The position numbers were made by a program, and so were the translations under genes. DNA of 64,000 nt, taken from Candidatus Falkowbacteria bacterium. GTDB taxonomy: Bacteria; Patescibacteriota; Patescibacteriia; Patescibacteriales; UBA12465. This document shows positions 54,491 through 63,779 of this stretch, piece after piece; the first letter of the stretch is position 1; each line of letters begins with the position of its first letter. The notes beneath the pieces were generated by a model. It did no database searches. It was not told where the DNA came from and worked only from the letters and a program-made list of their open reading frames with translations. The stretch spans positions 2,625 to 66,624 of the forward strand of contig JBAXPN010000003.1 of the NCBI GenBank assembly GCA_037132255.1. The letters are read 5' to 3'.

Positions 54491-56605
54491 ATGAGTCCAA
54501 AAATATTCAAAATTGGCCGTAAAAGTGAATTATTAGAGGTTTTAAGAGATAAATCCTCGGATCCCTTTTCTATTAAAGAAGGGCATTTTAAGTTCGGCCA
54601 GTTAAAAGATAATTTTTACTATAGTGATTGGACCGAACAGTCCTTTTTGTCTGATACGGGACGAAAAGAGATGGTCAGTCGAACTTTTAATTTTGATAAA
54701 ATTAAATATTTCTCTTTGGTTATTTTGCTTGCCTTAGCGATTATTATCGGACGTTCGATTTGGCTACAGGTTATTAAAAATGATTATTATCGCCTACTCG
54801 CCGAAGGTAACCGATTGCGCTCGGAAACGATAGAACCAAAAAGAGGAATTATATACGCGAAAGATTTACGGCCTCTTGTTAGAAATAAGGCCAACTTTGT
54901 TTTATATTTACGTCCGATTGATTTGCCGAAAAATGAATTAATTCGTGATGATTTGATTCGAAAAATTAGTGCCATTTTAGATAGTGGTAAGGATCAGAAA
55001 AATATAACGGCGGTGGTTCGGGCGAGCGCAAGCAGTTCTTTGGATTTGGTCACAGACGAACCTTCGTTTTATCAAATAAAAGAATCTCTTGCTAAAATAA
55101 AAATGGGTTCGCTTGAATCTTATCAGCCTTTATTTGTGGCTGATAGTATTGATTATGATAAGGCTATGCTAATTTCAATCGAGCTTCCTAGTTGGCCCGG
55201 GGTATTCCTTTCTAGCAAAATTAGGCGTGAATATCTTTTACCATCAGCCACGACGACGGCGACATTTTTGGGAGAAAATAGTTTGGCTCATGTCTTGGGA
55301 TATACGGGGAAGATTAATGATGGAGAATTAAGCGAGCTCGGCAAAGAGTATTCGATGATTGATTATATCGGTAAAGCCGGCTTGGAGTATTCTTGGGAAA
55401 AAGAATTAAAAGGTAAGGCTGGCTCAAAAAATATTGAAGTTGATGCTTTAGGACGACAGAAGAAAATTATTAATGAAGTCTCTGCGCTTGATGGCTCTAA
55501 TTTACTTCTTTCGCTTGACCTTGATCTGCAAGAAAAAGCGGAGGAAATAACGCGTTCATATATTTCTAAAGCCGGTCTTCATCGTGCTTCAGTTATTATA
55601 ATGAATCCGAACAATGGTGAAATTTTAGCGCTTGTTTCTTTGCCGGCCTATGATAATAATTTATTTGCTAAAGGTATTAGCCAAAGCGACTATAATATTT
55701 TTTTAAACGATAAAGATCAGCCCCTATTTAATCGAGCTATTAGCGGTGAGTTTCCGTCCGGCTCAACGATTAAACCAATATTTGCCGCCGGCGCTCTGCA
55801 AGAAAAAATAATTACCGACACAACTAGCTTCTTAAGCAACGGCGGATTGAGAATCGGCGAATGGTTTTTCCCTGATTGGAAGGCTGGCGGGCATGGCACG
55901 ACTAATGTTCGCAAGGCGCTGGCCGAGTCAGTTAATACTTTCTTTTATTATATTGGTGGTGGTTATGGCGATTTTAAAGGTTTGGGTTTAAGCGGTTTAG
56001 TAAAATATTCGCGATTATTTGGGCTCGGAGAATTAACTGGAATCGATTTGCATGGTGAACGCAAAGGTTTCGTCCCGACTCAAGCCTGGAAAGAGGAAAC
56101 AAAACATGAACCTTGGTATATTGGCGATACTTATCATTTTTCAATCGGACAGGGAGATGTTATTGTAACTCCGCTTCAAGTCGCCAATTATACAGCGGCG
56201 ATTGCAAATGGTGGTACTCTTTATCAGCCGCATTTGGTCAGTAAAATTTTAGATACAAATAATCAGGTAGTAAAAGAAGTTGCTCCGAAAATAATTAGAA
56301 GTAACTTTATTGATCCGAATAATTTACAAATAGTCCGTGAAGGCATGAGGCAAACAATTACCGCTGGTAGCGCCCGCTCTTTAAGTATTGTTCCGGTTGC
56401 GGTTGCCGGAAAAACCGGAACAGCGCAATGGTCAACGAAAAAAGGTCCGCATGCCTGGTTTATTGGTTTCGCTCCCTATGAAAAACCAGAGTTAGTAATT
56501 ACAGTTTTAGTTGAAGAAGGTGTCGAGGGAAGTACCATGGCCGCGCCAATCGCTCGCGATATACTTAAGTGGTATTTTACGGTTCATCCGCCAATTGCCA
56601 ATTAA
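54491..56605 (+). CDS. mrdA: Penicillin-binding protein 2 (class B transpeptidase)
   Basis: TM anchor, dimerisation domain, SGSTIKP (SxxK), KTGTA. I prefer the ATG at 54491 over the TTG at 54452. Confidence 0.85.
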   Translation: MSPKIFKIGRKSELLEVLRDKSSDPFSIKEGHFKFGQLKDNFYYSDWTEQSFLSDTGRKEMVSRTFNFDKIKYFSLVILLALAIIIGRSIWLQVIKNDYYRLLAEGNRLRSETIEPKRGIIYAKDLRPLVRNKANFVLYLRPIDLPKNELIRDDLIRKISAILDSGKDQKNITAVVRASASSSLDLVTDEPSFYQIKESLAKIKMGSLESYQPLFVADSIDYDKAMLISIELPSWPGVFLSSKIRREYLLPSATTTATFLGENSLAHVLGYTGKINDGELSELGKEYSMIDYIGKAGLEYSWEKELKGKAGSKNIEVDALGRQKKIINEVSALDGSNLLLSLDLDLQEKAEEITRSYISKAGLHRASVIIMNPNNGEILALVSLPAYDNNLFAKGISQSDYNIFLNDKDQPLFNRAISGEFPSGSTIKPIFAAGALQEKIITDTTSFLSNGGLRIGEWFFPDWKAGGHGTTNVRKALAESVNTFFYYIGGGYGDFKGLGLSGLVKYSRLFGLGELTGIDLHGERKGFVPTQAWKEETKHEPWYIGDTYHFSIGQGDVIVTPLQVANYTAAIANGGTLYQPHLVSKILDTNNQVVKEVAPKIIRSNFIDPNNLQIVREGMRQTITAGSARSLSIVPVAVAGKTGTAQWSTKKGPHAWFIGFAPYEKPELVITVLVEEGVEGSTMAAPIARDILKWYFTVHPPIAN

Positions 56606-56630
56606 TATTTTTATTTGTTATATATTTATT

Positions 56631-57128
56631 ATGAATATACCATTACCAATTCATTTATTAATCCATTTCTCGCTGGCGATTTTATCTGGTTATATGGCTG
56701 GTCGTCATTTTAAAAAGCTGGAAATCGGGATACTGCTTGGTTTTATCGGTGGCTTCTTAATTGATCTTGATCATGTCTTAGAATACCTAATAGTTTTTAG
56801 CGGTCATTTTAATTTGCGATATTTTTTACAGGGAAGACAGTTTTTAGTTAGTGACCAAATTCATCTTTGGTTTCATGCTTGGGAGTACGTGCCTATTTTA
56901 ATAATTTTTGGCCTTCTTCTTAAAAAACGAAAAACTCTCGAAGTAATTGCCATTACTCTCGCTTTTGCTATGGGTATTCATTTAATAACCGATTCAATAA
57001 TTAATCGCTGTCCGCCAAAATTTTATAGCCTTGCCTATCGCGCCAGCCTAAATTTTTCTTCGCCGAAATTAATGAGTATCGATGGCTATCAGGAAAATTT
57101 AAAATTAAAACAAGAATTAGGCTTATAG
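56631..57128 (+). CDS. His-rich polytopic membrane protein (YdjM/DUF457-like metal-dependent hydrolase?)
   Basis: LIDLDHVLEY and several conserved-looking His residues. I prefer the ATG at 56631; the track start at 56511 overlaps mrdA. Confidence 0.4.
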   Translation: MNIPLPIHLLIHFSLAILSGYMAGRHFKKLEIGILLGFIGGFLIDLDHVLEYLIVFSGHFNLRYFLQGRQFLVSDQIHLWFHAWEYVPILIIFGLLLKKRKTLEVIAITLAFAMGIHLITDSIINRCPPKFYSLAYRASLNFSSPKLMSIDGYQENLKLKQELGL

Positions 57129-57159
57129 AATAACGGAATAATTAGTAAAAATAGCATAA

Positions 57160-57186
57160 TTAGCACTCTCTTGACTTGAGTGCTAA
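57160..57186. promoter_or_regulatory. CIRCE operator (HrcA binding site)
   Basis: TTAGCACTC-N9-GAGTGCTAA, a perfect match to the CIRCE consensus. Confidence 0.95.
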
Positions 57187-57199
57187 TTTTGTTTATAAT
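57171..57199 (+). promoter_or_regulatory. Sigma70 promoter TTGACT-17-TATAAT interleaved with CIRCE
   Basis: The -35 lies in the CIRCE spacer. The -10 ends 7 nt before the hrcA ATG at 57207. Confidence 0.8.
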
Positions 57200-57206
57200 G
57201 GTTTAT

Positions 57207-57899
57207 ATGATAAGCGACCGTAAAAAATTTCTACTCGAAACAATAATTAAAGAATATTTAAAAACCGCTCAGCCGGTTTCTTCTGGCGTATTAGTAGAAA
57301 AGTATAAATTAGATATTTCAACGGCAACGGTTAGAAATGAAATGATGGAACTTGAGGAGGAAGGCTATATTTATCAGCCTCATACCTCGGCGGGCCGCGT
57401 ACCGACGGAATTAGCTTATGAATTATTTTTACTCGGATTTAAGGAAGCTAAAAATAAGAAAGATTTAAAAGATTCAGAACATGATGCGCTTGAAAAATTA
57501 TTTCGCCATGACGAAACTGCTTTTCGTCAAACGGCCAAGGCGGTTGCCGAGCTGGCTAACGGCGCAGTGTTTTGGGCTTTTCATAAAAATGATCTTTATT
57601 ATACTGGTATAAGTAATCTATTTACCCAGCCGGAATTCAGTCGCGTTGATATGGTTTGCGACGTTTCCGCAGTTATTGATCGTCTTGAAGAAATTATTGA
57701 TGATATTTTTGAGGGTCTAGATTACGGGGAACAGGTATTAATCGGATCAAAAAATCCCTTTGGCAATTTTCTAAGCACGGTACTAGTTAAATATAAAAAT
57801 AATAACGCTTCGGGAGTATTTGGAATATTGGGCCCAATGCGAATGGATTATAGCCGTAACTTAGCCCTAGTTGAATTTATTAAAAAGAAATTTGAATAA
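57207..57899 (+). CDS. hrcA: Heat-inducible transcription repressor HrcA (short form, 230 aa)
   Basis: SDRKKFLLETIIKEYLKTAQPVSSGVL..STATVRNEMMELEEEGYIYQPHTSAGRVPT. Roughly 100 aa shorter than typical HrcA. Confidence 0.9.
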   Translation: MISDRKKFLLETIIKEYLKTAQPVSSGVLVEKYKLDISTATVRNEMMELEEEGYIYQPHTSAGRVPTELAYELFLLGFKEAKNKKDLKDSEHDALEKLFRHDETAFRQTAKAVAELANGAVFWAFHKNDLYYTGISNLFTQPEFSRVDMVCDVSAVIDRLEEIIDDIFEGLDYGEQVLIGSKNPFGNFLSTVLVKYKNNNASGVFGILGPMRMDYSRNLALVEFIKKKFE

Positions 57900-57900
57900 T

Positions 57901-58518
57901 ATGAAGGAATTAAAAAAAGGAATTTACCGCCACTATAAAGGAGGCGAATACCGTATTTTAAACGAAGCGCTGAGTGAAGCCACAAAAGAACCCGTGATAG
58001 TTTATCAGGATATTAGCGACGAAAAGAAAATTTGGGTCAGACCGAAGGCAATGTTTATCGAAGAAGTCGAAATTGAAGATGAAAAAAAACCGCGCTTTGA
58101 ATTTATTCAGGAAGAAGAAATTGATTCATTCGAAAATAAGTATTTACGCGCCCTTGCCGATTACCAAAATTTACTAAAACAAAGCGGCCGTGAAAAGGAA
58201 GATTTTATAAAGTATGCGTTAGCAGATTTCTTGCATAACGTTTTACCGGTATATGATCATTTAAAACTGTCGATGAATGGTTTAAGCGAAGAAGAAATAA
58301 AGAATCCATGGGCGCAAGGAGTTTCCCATGTCCTTAAACAATTCAAAGACGTTCTTGTTCAGCATGGTATCGAAGAAATAAAAACAGAAGGTGAAAAATT
58401 TGATCATGAAACAATGGAGGCGCTCGAAGGACAGGGAGATTCAGTTAAAAAAGAAGTAATGCCTGGCTATAAATTAAATGGTAAGCTTATTCGCCCTGCA
58501 AAAGTTATAGTTGAATAA
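57901..58518 (+). CDS. grpE: GrpE nucleotide-exchange factor with an N-terminal DUF1653-like domain
   Basis: N-terminal YRHYKGGEYRIL..VIVYQD..WVRPKAMF (DUF1653 pattern). C-terminal YLRALADYQN..P.YD.L..H.A (GrpE). Confidence 0.8.
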   Translation: MKELKKGIYRHYKGGEYRILNEALSEATKEPVIVYQDISDEKKIWVRPKAMFIEEVEIEDEKKPRFEFIQEEEIDSFENKYLRALADYQNLLKQSGREKEDFIKYALADFLHNVLPVYDHLKLSMNGLSEEEIKNPWAQGVSHVLKQFKDVLVQHGIEEIKTEGEKFDHETMEALEGQGDSVKKEVMPGYKLNGKLIRPAKVIVE

Positions 58519-58587
58519 TTAATTTTTAATTAATAATTCTATCTGTATCTACTGGAGCACCAGTTTTACGGAAAGAATAATAAGTCT

Positions 58588-59019
58588 ATGTCACTTATAA
58601 AATGGACCCCATTTTTATCGGAGTTTGACGACATGGATAAAGTAATGGAATCCATGTTGCCCGCCGTACGCGGCAATCAATTCGGGTATACCCCGGCAGT
58701 TGATATGTATGAAGATAAAGATAATATTATAATTGAAACGCAATTGGGCGGGATTGATTCAGAGAAAGTTGATATATCGATAGAAAATAATGTTTTGTCG
58801 ATTAAGGGTGAAAGTGAAAAGAAAAGTGAAGTCGAGGATAAGAATTATTACCGTAAAGAAATTCGTCGCGGATCTTTTTATCGCTCTATTCCTCTACCAA
58901 CAAAAGTTAATGGTGACAAGGCGACGGCTATTAATGAGGATGGAATATTAAAGATCACTATCCCAAAGGCCGCAGAGACTAAACCGAAGATAATTAAGAT
59001 TCAGTCAAAAAATAAATAA
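58588..59019 (+). CDS. Hsp20/alpha-crystallin small heat-shock protein
   Basis: Alpha-crystallin domain PAVDMYEDKDNIIIETQLGG..SFYRSIPLP..A...DGIL.I.IPK. Confidence 0.9.
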   Translation: MSLIKWTPFLSEFDDMDKVMESMLPAVRGNQFGYTPAVDMYEDKDNIIIETQLGGIDSEKVDISIENNVLSIKGESEKKSEVEDKNYYRKEIRRGSFYRSIPLPTKVNGDKATAINEDGILKITIPKAAETKPKIIKIQSKNK

Positions 59020-59033
59020 TTAAGAAAAATAAT

Positions 59034-59228
59034 ATGAAATATTTTTCTGATGTTTATAAGAAAGAAACCAAGACCTGCGCTAAAATGTTTGAAGAAAAAC
59101 AAGGCTGCGCTTGGGGAAGATGCGAAACTTGTGGCGTCGTGCCATTGCTCTATAAATTAGAAACTGGCGTTGTTGTTGACGACATGGAAGATTTAAAAAA
59201 ATTAAAAGAAGAAATTCTGAATAGCTAA
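59034..59228 (+). CDS. Small 4-Cys protein (64 aa), function unknown
   Basis: C15, C25, and CETC at positions 30-33. Embedded between hsp20 and dnaK. Confidence 0.5.
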   Translation: MKYFSDVYKKETKTCAKMFEEKQGCAWGRCETCGVVPLLYKLETGVVVDDMEDLKKLKEEILNS

Positions 59229-59254
59229 TATTCAAAATAATTATATAAAAAAAT

Positions 59255-61165
59255 ATGTCAAAAATTCTAGGAATTGATTTGGGAACGACCAATTGTGCCA
59301 TGGCAATCATGGAGGGCGGACTCCCGAAAATCATTGAAAACATCGAGGGGAATAGAACGACACCATCGGTTGTCGCTATTTCTAAAAATGCTGAACGTTT
59401 AGTCGGCCAATCCGCGAAACGTCAGGCTGTTATAAACCCAGAAAATACTGTCTATGCAGTAAAGCGCTTAATCGGTCGCCATTTTGGGGAAGACGAAGTG
59501 CAACGTGATTTAAAAAATGCGCCTTATAAAATTGTTCAGGCCGGTGAAGGTGTGAAAGTAAAAATGGGCGACAAGGATTATAGTCCTCAAGAAATCTCCG
59601 CGATGATCCTTTCTAAATTAAAAGCTGATGCGGAAGCAAAATTAGGCGAAAAGATTACTGAAGCAATTATCACTGTCCCCGCTTATTTTAATGACTCGCA
59701 AAGACAGGCGACAAAAGACGCCGGGGCAATCGCCGGTCTTGATGTTAAACGTATTATTAATGAGCCGACGGCAGCAGCGCTTGCTTACGGTTTTGATAAA
59801 AAACAAGGTCAGAAGATTGTCGTTTACGATTTAGGTGGCGGTACTTTTGATGTTTCTGTTCTTGACATTTCCGCCGATACTGTAGAAGTTAAATCAACTA
59901 ATGGCGATACTCATTTAGGTGGCGAAGATTTTGATCAGAGAATTATTAATTGGATTATTGAAGAATTTAAGAAGGACCAGGGGATAGATTTATCAAAAGA
60001 CACTTTAGCTCTTCAGAGAATTAAAGAGTCGGCCGAGAAAGCGAAGATTGAATTATCAACTGCTCAAGACACTGAAATTAATCAACCATTTATTTCCACC
60101 GACGCTAACGGCCCGAAGCATTTAGTTATGAAACTTTCACGCGCTAAACTTGAAACTTTGATTATCGATTTAGTCGAGAAAACAATTGAGCCGTGTAAAA
60201 AAGCTTTAAGTGATTCTGGTTTTCAATTAAGCGAGATTAATGAAGTTTTAATGGTTGGCGGTATGACCCGTATGCCTTTAGTGCAACAGAAGGTTAAAGA
60301 GTTTTTCGGCAAGGAACCGAACTTAACTGTTAATCCGGATGAAGTTGTCGCCATGGGAGCCGCTGTTCAGGCCGGTGTTTTGCAGGGTGATGTTAAAGAT
60401 GTCTTGCTTCTTGATGTTACGCCTTTAACACTTGGTATCGAAACTTTGGGCGGCGTTGCTACTCCGCTTATTGAAAGAAATACAACTATCCCAACTTCAA
60501 AGTCGCAAGTATTCTCAACTGCCGCGGATGGTCAAACGGCCGTCGAAATTCATATTGTTCAAGGTGAGCGTCCAATGGCGCATGACAATAAAACTTTAGG
60601 GCATTTCACTCTTGATGGTATCCCATCTGCACCACGTGGCATCCCACAGGTTGAAGTTAAATTTGATTTAGACGCTAATGGTATTTTAAATGTCTCGGCG
60701 ACCGATAAGGCGACCAGCAAACAACAGAAAATTACTATTACAGCTTCTTCTGGATTATCAAAAGATGAAATTGAGAAAATGAAGAAAGAGGCTGAGCTTC
60801 ATGCTGAAGAAGATAAAAAGAAAAAGGAAGAGGCGGAAATAAAAAACCAGGCCGACGCTGTCGTCTTCACGATGGAAAAAATGATTAAAGAGTCGGGCGA
60901 TAAGATGAAGCCAGAAGATAAAAAAGAATTGGAAGATAAAACAGCCGAACTCAAAAAATCAAAAGAAGCTGGTAACTTAGAAGAAATGAAGAAGCAAATG
61001 GAAGATATAAATGCCGTTGCGCAAAAAATTGGCGCGGCTATGTATCAACAGCCGGGAGCGGGTGCGTCTGGCGCTGATCAGGCAGGGGCCGCAGGAGCGG
61101 AAGCAGGAACGGATGAAAAAAAAGATGACAATGTTGTAGAGGGCGAAGTAGAAGAGAAAAAATAA
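59255..61165 (+). CDS. dnaK: Molecular chaperone DnaK (Hsp70)
   Basis: [16 protein letters not shown], and a full-length substrate-binding domain. Confidence 0.98.
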   Translation: MSKILGIDLGTTNCAMAIMEGGLPKIIENIEGNRTTPSVVAISKNAERLVGQSAKRQAVINPENTVYAVKRLIGRHFGEDEVQRDLKNAPYKIVQAGEGVKVKMGDKDYSPQEISAMILSKLKADAEAKLGEKITEAIITVPAYFNDSQRQATKDAGAIAGLDVKRIINEPTAAALAYGFDKKQGQKIVVYDLGGGTFDVSVLDISADTVEVKSTNGDTHLGGEDFDQRIINWIIEEFKKDQGIDLSKDTLALQRIKESAEKAKIELSTAQDTEINQPFISTDANGPKHLVMKLSRAKLETLIIDLVEKTIEPCKKALSDSGFQLSEINEVLMVGGMTRMPLVQQKVKEFFGKEPNLTVNPDEVVAMGAAVQAGVLQGDVKDVLLLDVTPLTLGIETLGGVATPLIERNTTIPTSKSQVFSTAADGQTAVEIHIVQGERPMAHDNKTLGHFTLDGIPSAPRGIPQVEVKFDLDANGILNVSATDKATSKQQKITITASSGLSKDEIEKMKKEAELHAEEDKKKKEEAEIKNQADAVVFTMEKMIKESGDKMKPEDKKELEDKTAELKKSKEAGNLEEMKKQMEDINAVAQKIGAAMYQQPGAGASGADQAGAAGAEAGTDEKKDDNVVEGEVEEKK

Positions 61166-61179
61166 TTAGTTATTCTCAG

Positions 61180-61206
61180 GTTGCCTCTCTAATTTAGAGG
61201 GGCAAC
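61180..61206 (+). terminator. Intercistronic hairpin (partial terminator/processing site) between dnaK and dnaJ
   Basis: 10-bp stem GTTGCCTCTC / GAGGGGCAAC (one G-U pair) with a 7-nt loop and a weak U tail. Confidence 0.4.
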
Positions 61207-61223
61207 TTATTGAATAAAAAATT

Positions 61224-62312
61224 ATGTCCAAAGATTATTACGATTTATTAGGTGTTTCTAAAAATGCTTCCGCCGATGAGATTAAGACCGCTTTTCGAAA
61301 AAAAGCGCATGAGCATCATCCGGATAAAGGAGGAAATGAGGAAAAATTTAAGGAGCTTAATGAAGCTTATCAGGTTATAGGTAACGCCGAAAAACGACAG
61401 CGCTACGATCAATTCGGCGCAGCGGCTTTTAATGGTGCTAATGGAAATGGTGCCGGCGGCTACGGCGGTTTTGGTGGTTTCCAAAATAGCGGCGGTTTCG
61501 GCAATATGAATTTTGAAGATTTAGGAGATATTTTTGGCGGCTTCGGTGATATTTTTGGTTTCGGCGGCGGTCGTCAAACTAGTAAACGCCAGACACGCGG
61601 CCGAGACATGGAAATGGCTCTAAATTTAAGTTTCATGGAAGCGGCTTTTGGCCTTGAAAAGGAAATTAGTTTTGCGAAGAACGTGACTTGTAATAAGTGT
61701 CATGGAGACGGTGCTGAGCCGGGCGCAAAAGTTGATACTTGCATGACTTGTAACGGTAGCGGCAGGGTAACAAAAATTCAGCGAACTATTTTAGGAAATA
61801 TCCAAGCTCAGACGACTTGTTCAACTTGTGGCGGAGAGGGGAAAATATATAGTCAGAAATGTTCTAAATGCAGTGGAAGCGGTGTACACCATGAAACAGC
61901 TAAAATTAAAGTAAGAATCCCTGCCGGCATAAATGATAATGAATCTATTCGTTTAACTGGACAAGCCGAGGCGGGAGAAAAAGGTGCGCCAGCTGGCGAT
62001 CTGTATTTGCGCGTCTCAGTCAGTGTTCATAAAAAATTTATCCGCGAAGGATATGATATAAAAACGGAGGAAAAGATTAATATTAAACAGGCAATTCTCG
62101 GCGATAAAATAGATATTGAAACTATTCATGGAATAATGAAGCTTAAAGTTCCGGAAGGAACTCAGTCTGGGACGATCTTTAAGCTTAAAGAGAAGGGAGT
62201 AATAAAATTAAATAATCGTGGAGTTGGCGACCAGTATATAAAAGTTATTGTTAAAATTCCAAGTGCAGTTAATAAAAAGCAAAAGCAATTATTAGAAGAG
62301 TTAGGGATATAA
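61224..62312 (+). CDS. dnaJ: Co-chaperone DnaJ (type I)
   Basis: J domain with HPD, G/F-rich region, and four CxxCxGxG zinc-finger repeats. Confidence 0.97.
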   Translation: MSKDYYDLLGVSKNASADEIKTAFRKKAHEHHPDKGGNEEKFKELNEAYQVIGNAEKRQRYDQFGAAAFNGANGNGAGGYGGFGGFQNSGGFGNMNFEDLGDIFGGFGDIFGFGGGRQTSKRQTRGRDMEMALNLSFMEAAFGLEKEISFAKNVTCNKCHGDGAEPGAKVDTCMTCNGSGRVTKIQRTILGNIQAQTTCSTCGGEGKIYSQKCSKCSGSGVHHETAKIKVRIPAGINDNESIRLTGQAEAGEKGAPAGDLYLRVSVSVHKKFIREGYDIKTEEKINIKQAILGDKIDIETIHGIMKLKVPEGTQSGTIFKLKEKGVIKLNNRGVGDQYIKVIVKIPSAVNKKQKQLLEELGI

Positions 62313-62335
62313 TTATTTATTTATAATTAATTTTT

Positions 62336-63163
62336 ATGATTAAAAAATCCTTAGTTTTCGTTCCGGTCTTTGTCTTCGTGTTTTTATTAAGTGGCTGCAC
62401 TATCATTCAAGAAAAAAAACTAGATTCAAATTTTTTGGAAAATAATAAAAATAATATAAATTTAACAGGGAAAAAAGAGACTACAGTGATTACAGAGTCT
62501 CAGCCAGAAAACACAGAGTCAAAAACGACAACCAATACTAGCTCGAAAGAAGTTGAGGTTAGTGGAAAAAAAATGATTGTGTATGGTTCTGATAGTATAA
62601 AAATTATTTATCCTGAGGATAACACGAAAATTAATGTCGGAGATACCTTAACTGTAAAAGTAAATATTTCTGATTTTGAAAAACTTGATTCTTTTATGCT
62701 TATATTCCAGGGTAACACTATTTTTGAAAAACCAACGGGGCCCGTTATGGAATATAAATTTATAGTGAACGGAGAGAGTATCGAAAATCAACCTCTCGCT
62801 GTCCTCGGAAATTTTTCTGACAACGGAAAATACTTTCGGTCCGATGATTCTAAATTAATCCAAATTAACCCGCTTGAATTGATAAAAGACTTCAATGTTA
62901 AACCCGAAGTAATTATGATAGAAAAGGGTAAGACAAGGAGGCCAAATTATGAAGCCATCTTCCCAACAGCAATCTCTATGATTGGAGAGACTAATTTATT
63001 TAAAGTTTTAATAAAAGATGAAAATTTATTATCATATGATAATAAAACTAATTCGTTCACGGCCTTAGCTAAGGGCGAGACGATGGCGAAGGTAAGCTAT
63101 AGGGGGATTACTAAAAATGTATTTTTTAATATTATTCAGTATGAAAAGCCACCTATTGATTAA
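62336..63163 (+). CDS. Lipoprotein, function unknown
   Basis: Signal peptide with lipobox LLSGC, a Thr/Ser/Glu-rich linker, and beta-rich domains. Confidence 0.6.
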   Translation: MIKKSLVFVPVFVFVFLLSGCTIIQEKKLDSNFLENNKNNINLTGKKETTVITESQPENTESKTTTNTSSKEVEVSGKKMIVYGSDSIKIIYPEDNTKINVGDTLTVKVNISDFEKLDSFMLIFQGNTIFEKPTGPVMEYKFIVNGESIENQPLAVLGNFSDNGKYFRSDDSKLIQINPLELIKDFNVKPEVIMIEKGKTRRPNYEAIFPTAISMIGETNLFKVLIKDENLLSYDNKTNSFTALAKGETMAKVSYRGITKNVFFNIIQYEKPPID

Positions 63164-63220
63164 AAAATAAAAAAAGTTTTATAAAAGTTGATATATAAAC
63201 TTACTTTTATTGCCAAATTT

Positions 63221-63685
63221 ATGCCTCACATTCATGATAAAATTGATTTCACGGTAGAAGTTTTTATTGTTTATAAAGATCGAGTACTTTTACGGAAACA
63301 TGATAAATATAAAATGTGGTTGAGCGTTGGTGGTCATGTCGAATTAGATGAAGATCCTAATGAAGCTGCCCTTAGGGAAGTGAGAGAAGAAACCGGCCTC
63401 AATATTAAGTTGGTCGGCGAGGTTAAGAAATTTGCTCCGCTGGCTGGCTATAAAGAATTAATGTCCCCGCGCTTCCTTAATCGACATTATATAAACGAAA
63501 CCCATGAGCACGTCACCCTGGTATATTTTGCGACGACTGACGATAATAAAGTGATTCAAGGCGAGAAGGAGATAAGCGACGATATTCATTGGTTCACGGC
63601 GACAGAGCTTGATAACAGTCAGTATACTCTCCGGGAAAGTGTAAGATATTACGCTCAAGAGGCATTAAAGGAATTAAATGATTAA
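63221..63685 (+). CDS. NUDIX hydrolase
   Basis: Nudix box GGHVELDEDPNEAALREVREETGL. I prefer the ATG at 63221 over the TTG at 63188. Confidence 0.8.
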   Translation: MPHIHDKIDFTVEVFIVYKDRVLLRKHDKYKMWLSVGGHVELDEDPNEAALREVREETGLNIKLVGEVKKFAPLAGYKELMSPRFLNRHYINETHEHVTLVYFATTDDNKVIQGEKEISDDIHWFTATELDNSQYTLRESVRYYAQEALKELND

Positions 63686-63716
63686 TTCAGTAATAATCAG
63701 GTAAATATTTATAATA

Positions 63717-63747
63717 AAATAGGCTAAAATTGGCCTATTTTTTTATA
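63717..63747 (+). terminator. Intrinsic terminator
   Basis: AAATAGGC-8 nt loop-GCCTATTT followed by a T run. Confidence 0.8.
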
Positions 63748-63750
63748 TGA

Positions 63751-63779
63751 TTGACATTATTTTGATAATATGTTATAAT
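63751..63779 (+). promoter_or_regulatory. Consensus sigma70 promoter TTGACA-17-TATAAT
   Basis: Both hexamers are perfect. It precedes a 5' UTR of about 110 nt. Confidence 0.65.

Noticed and set aside
4707-63220. Extended 5' starts given by the ORF track (4707, 15628, 40639, 53191, 54452, 56511, 57180, 57871, 63188).
   Set aside because: These begin at TTG/GTG or overlap the upstream gene or its terminator/operator. Internal ATGs (4767, 15667, 40642, 53179, 54491, 56631, 57207, 57901, 63221) give sensible N-termini (signal peptides, conserved motifs) and fit the promoter positions.
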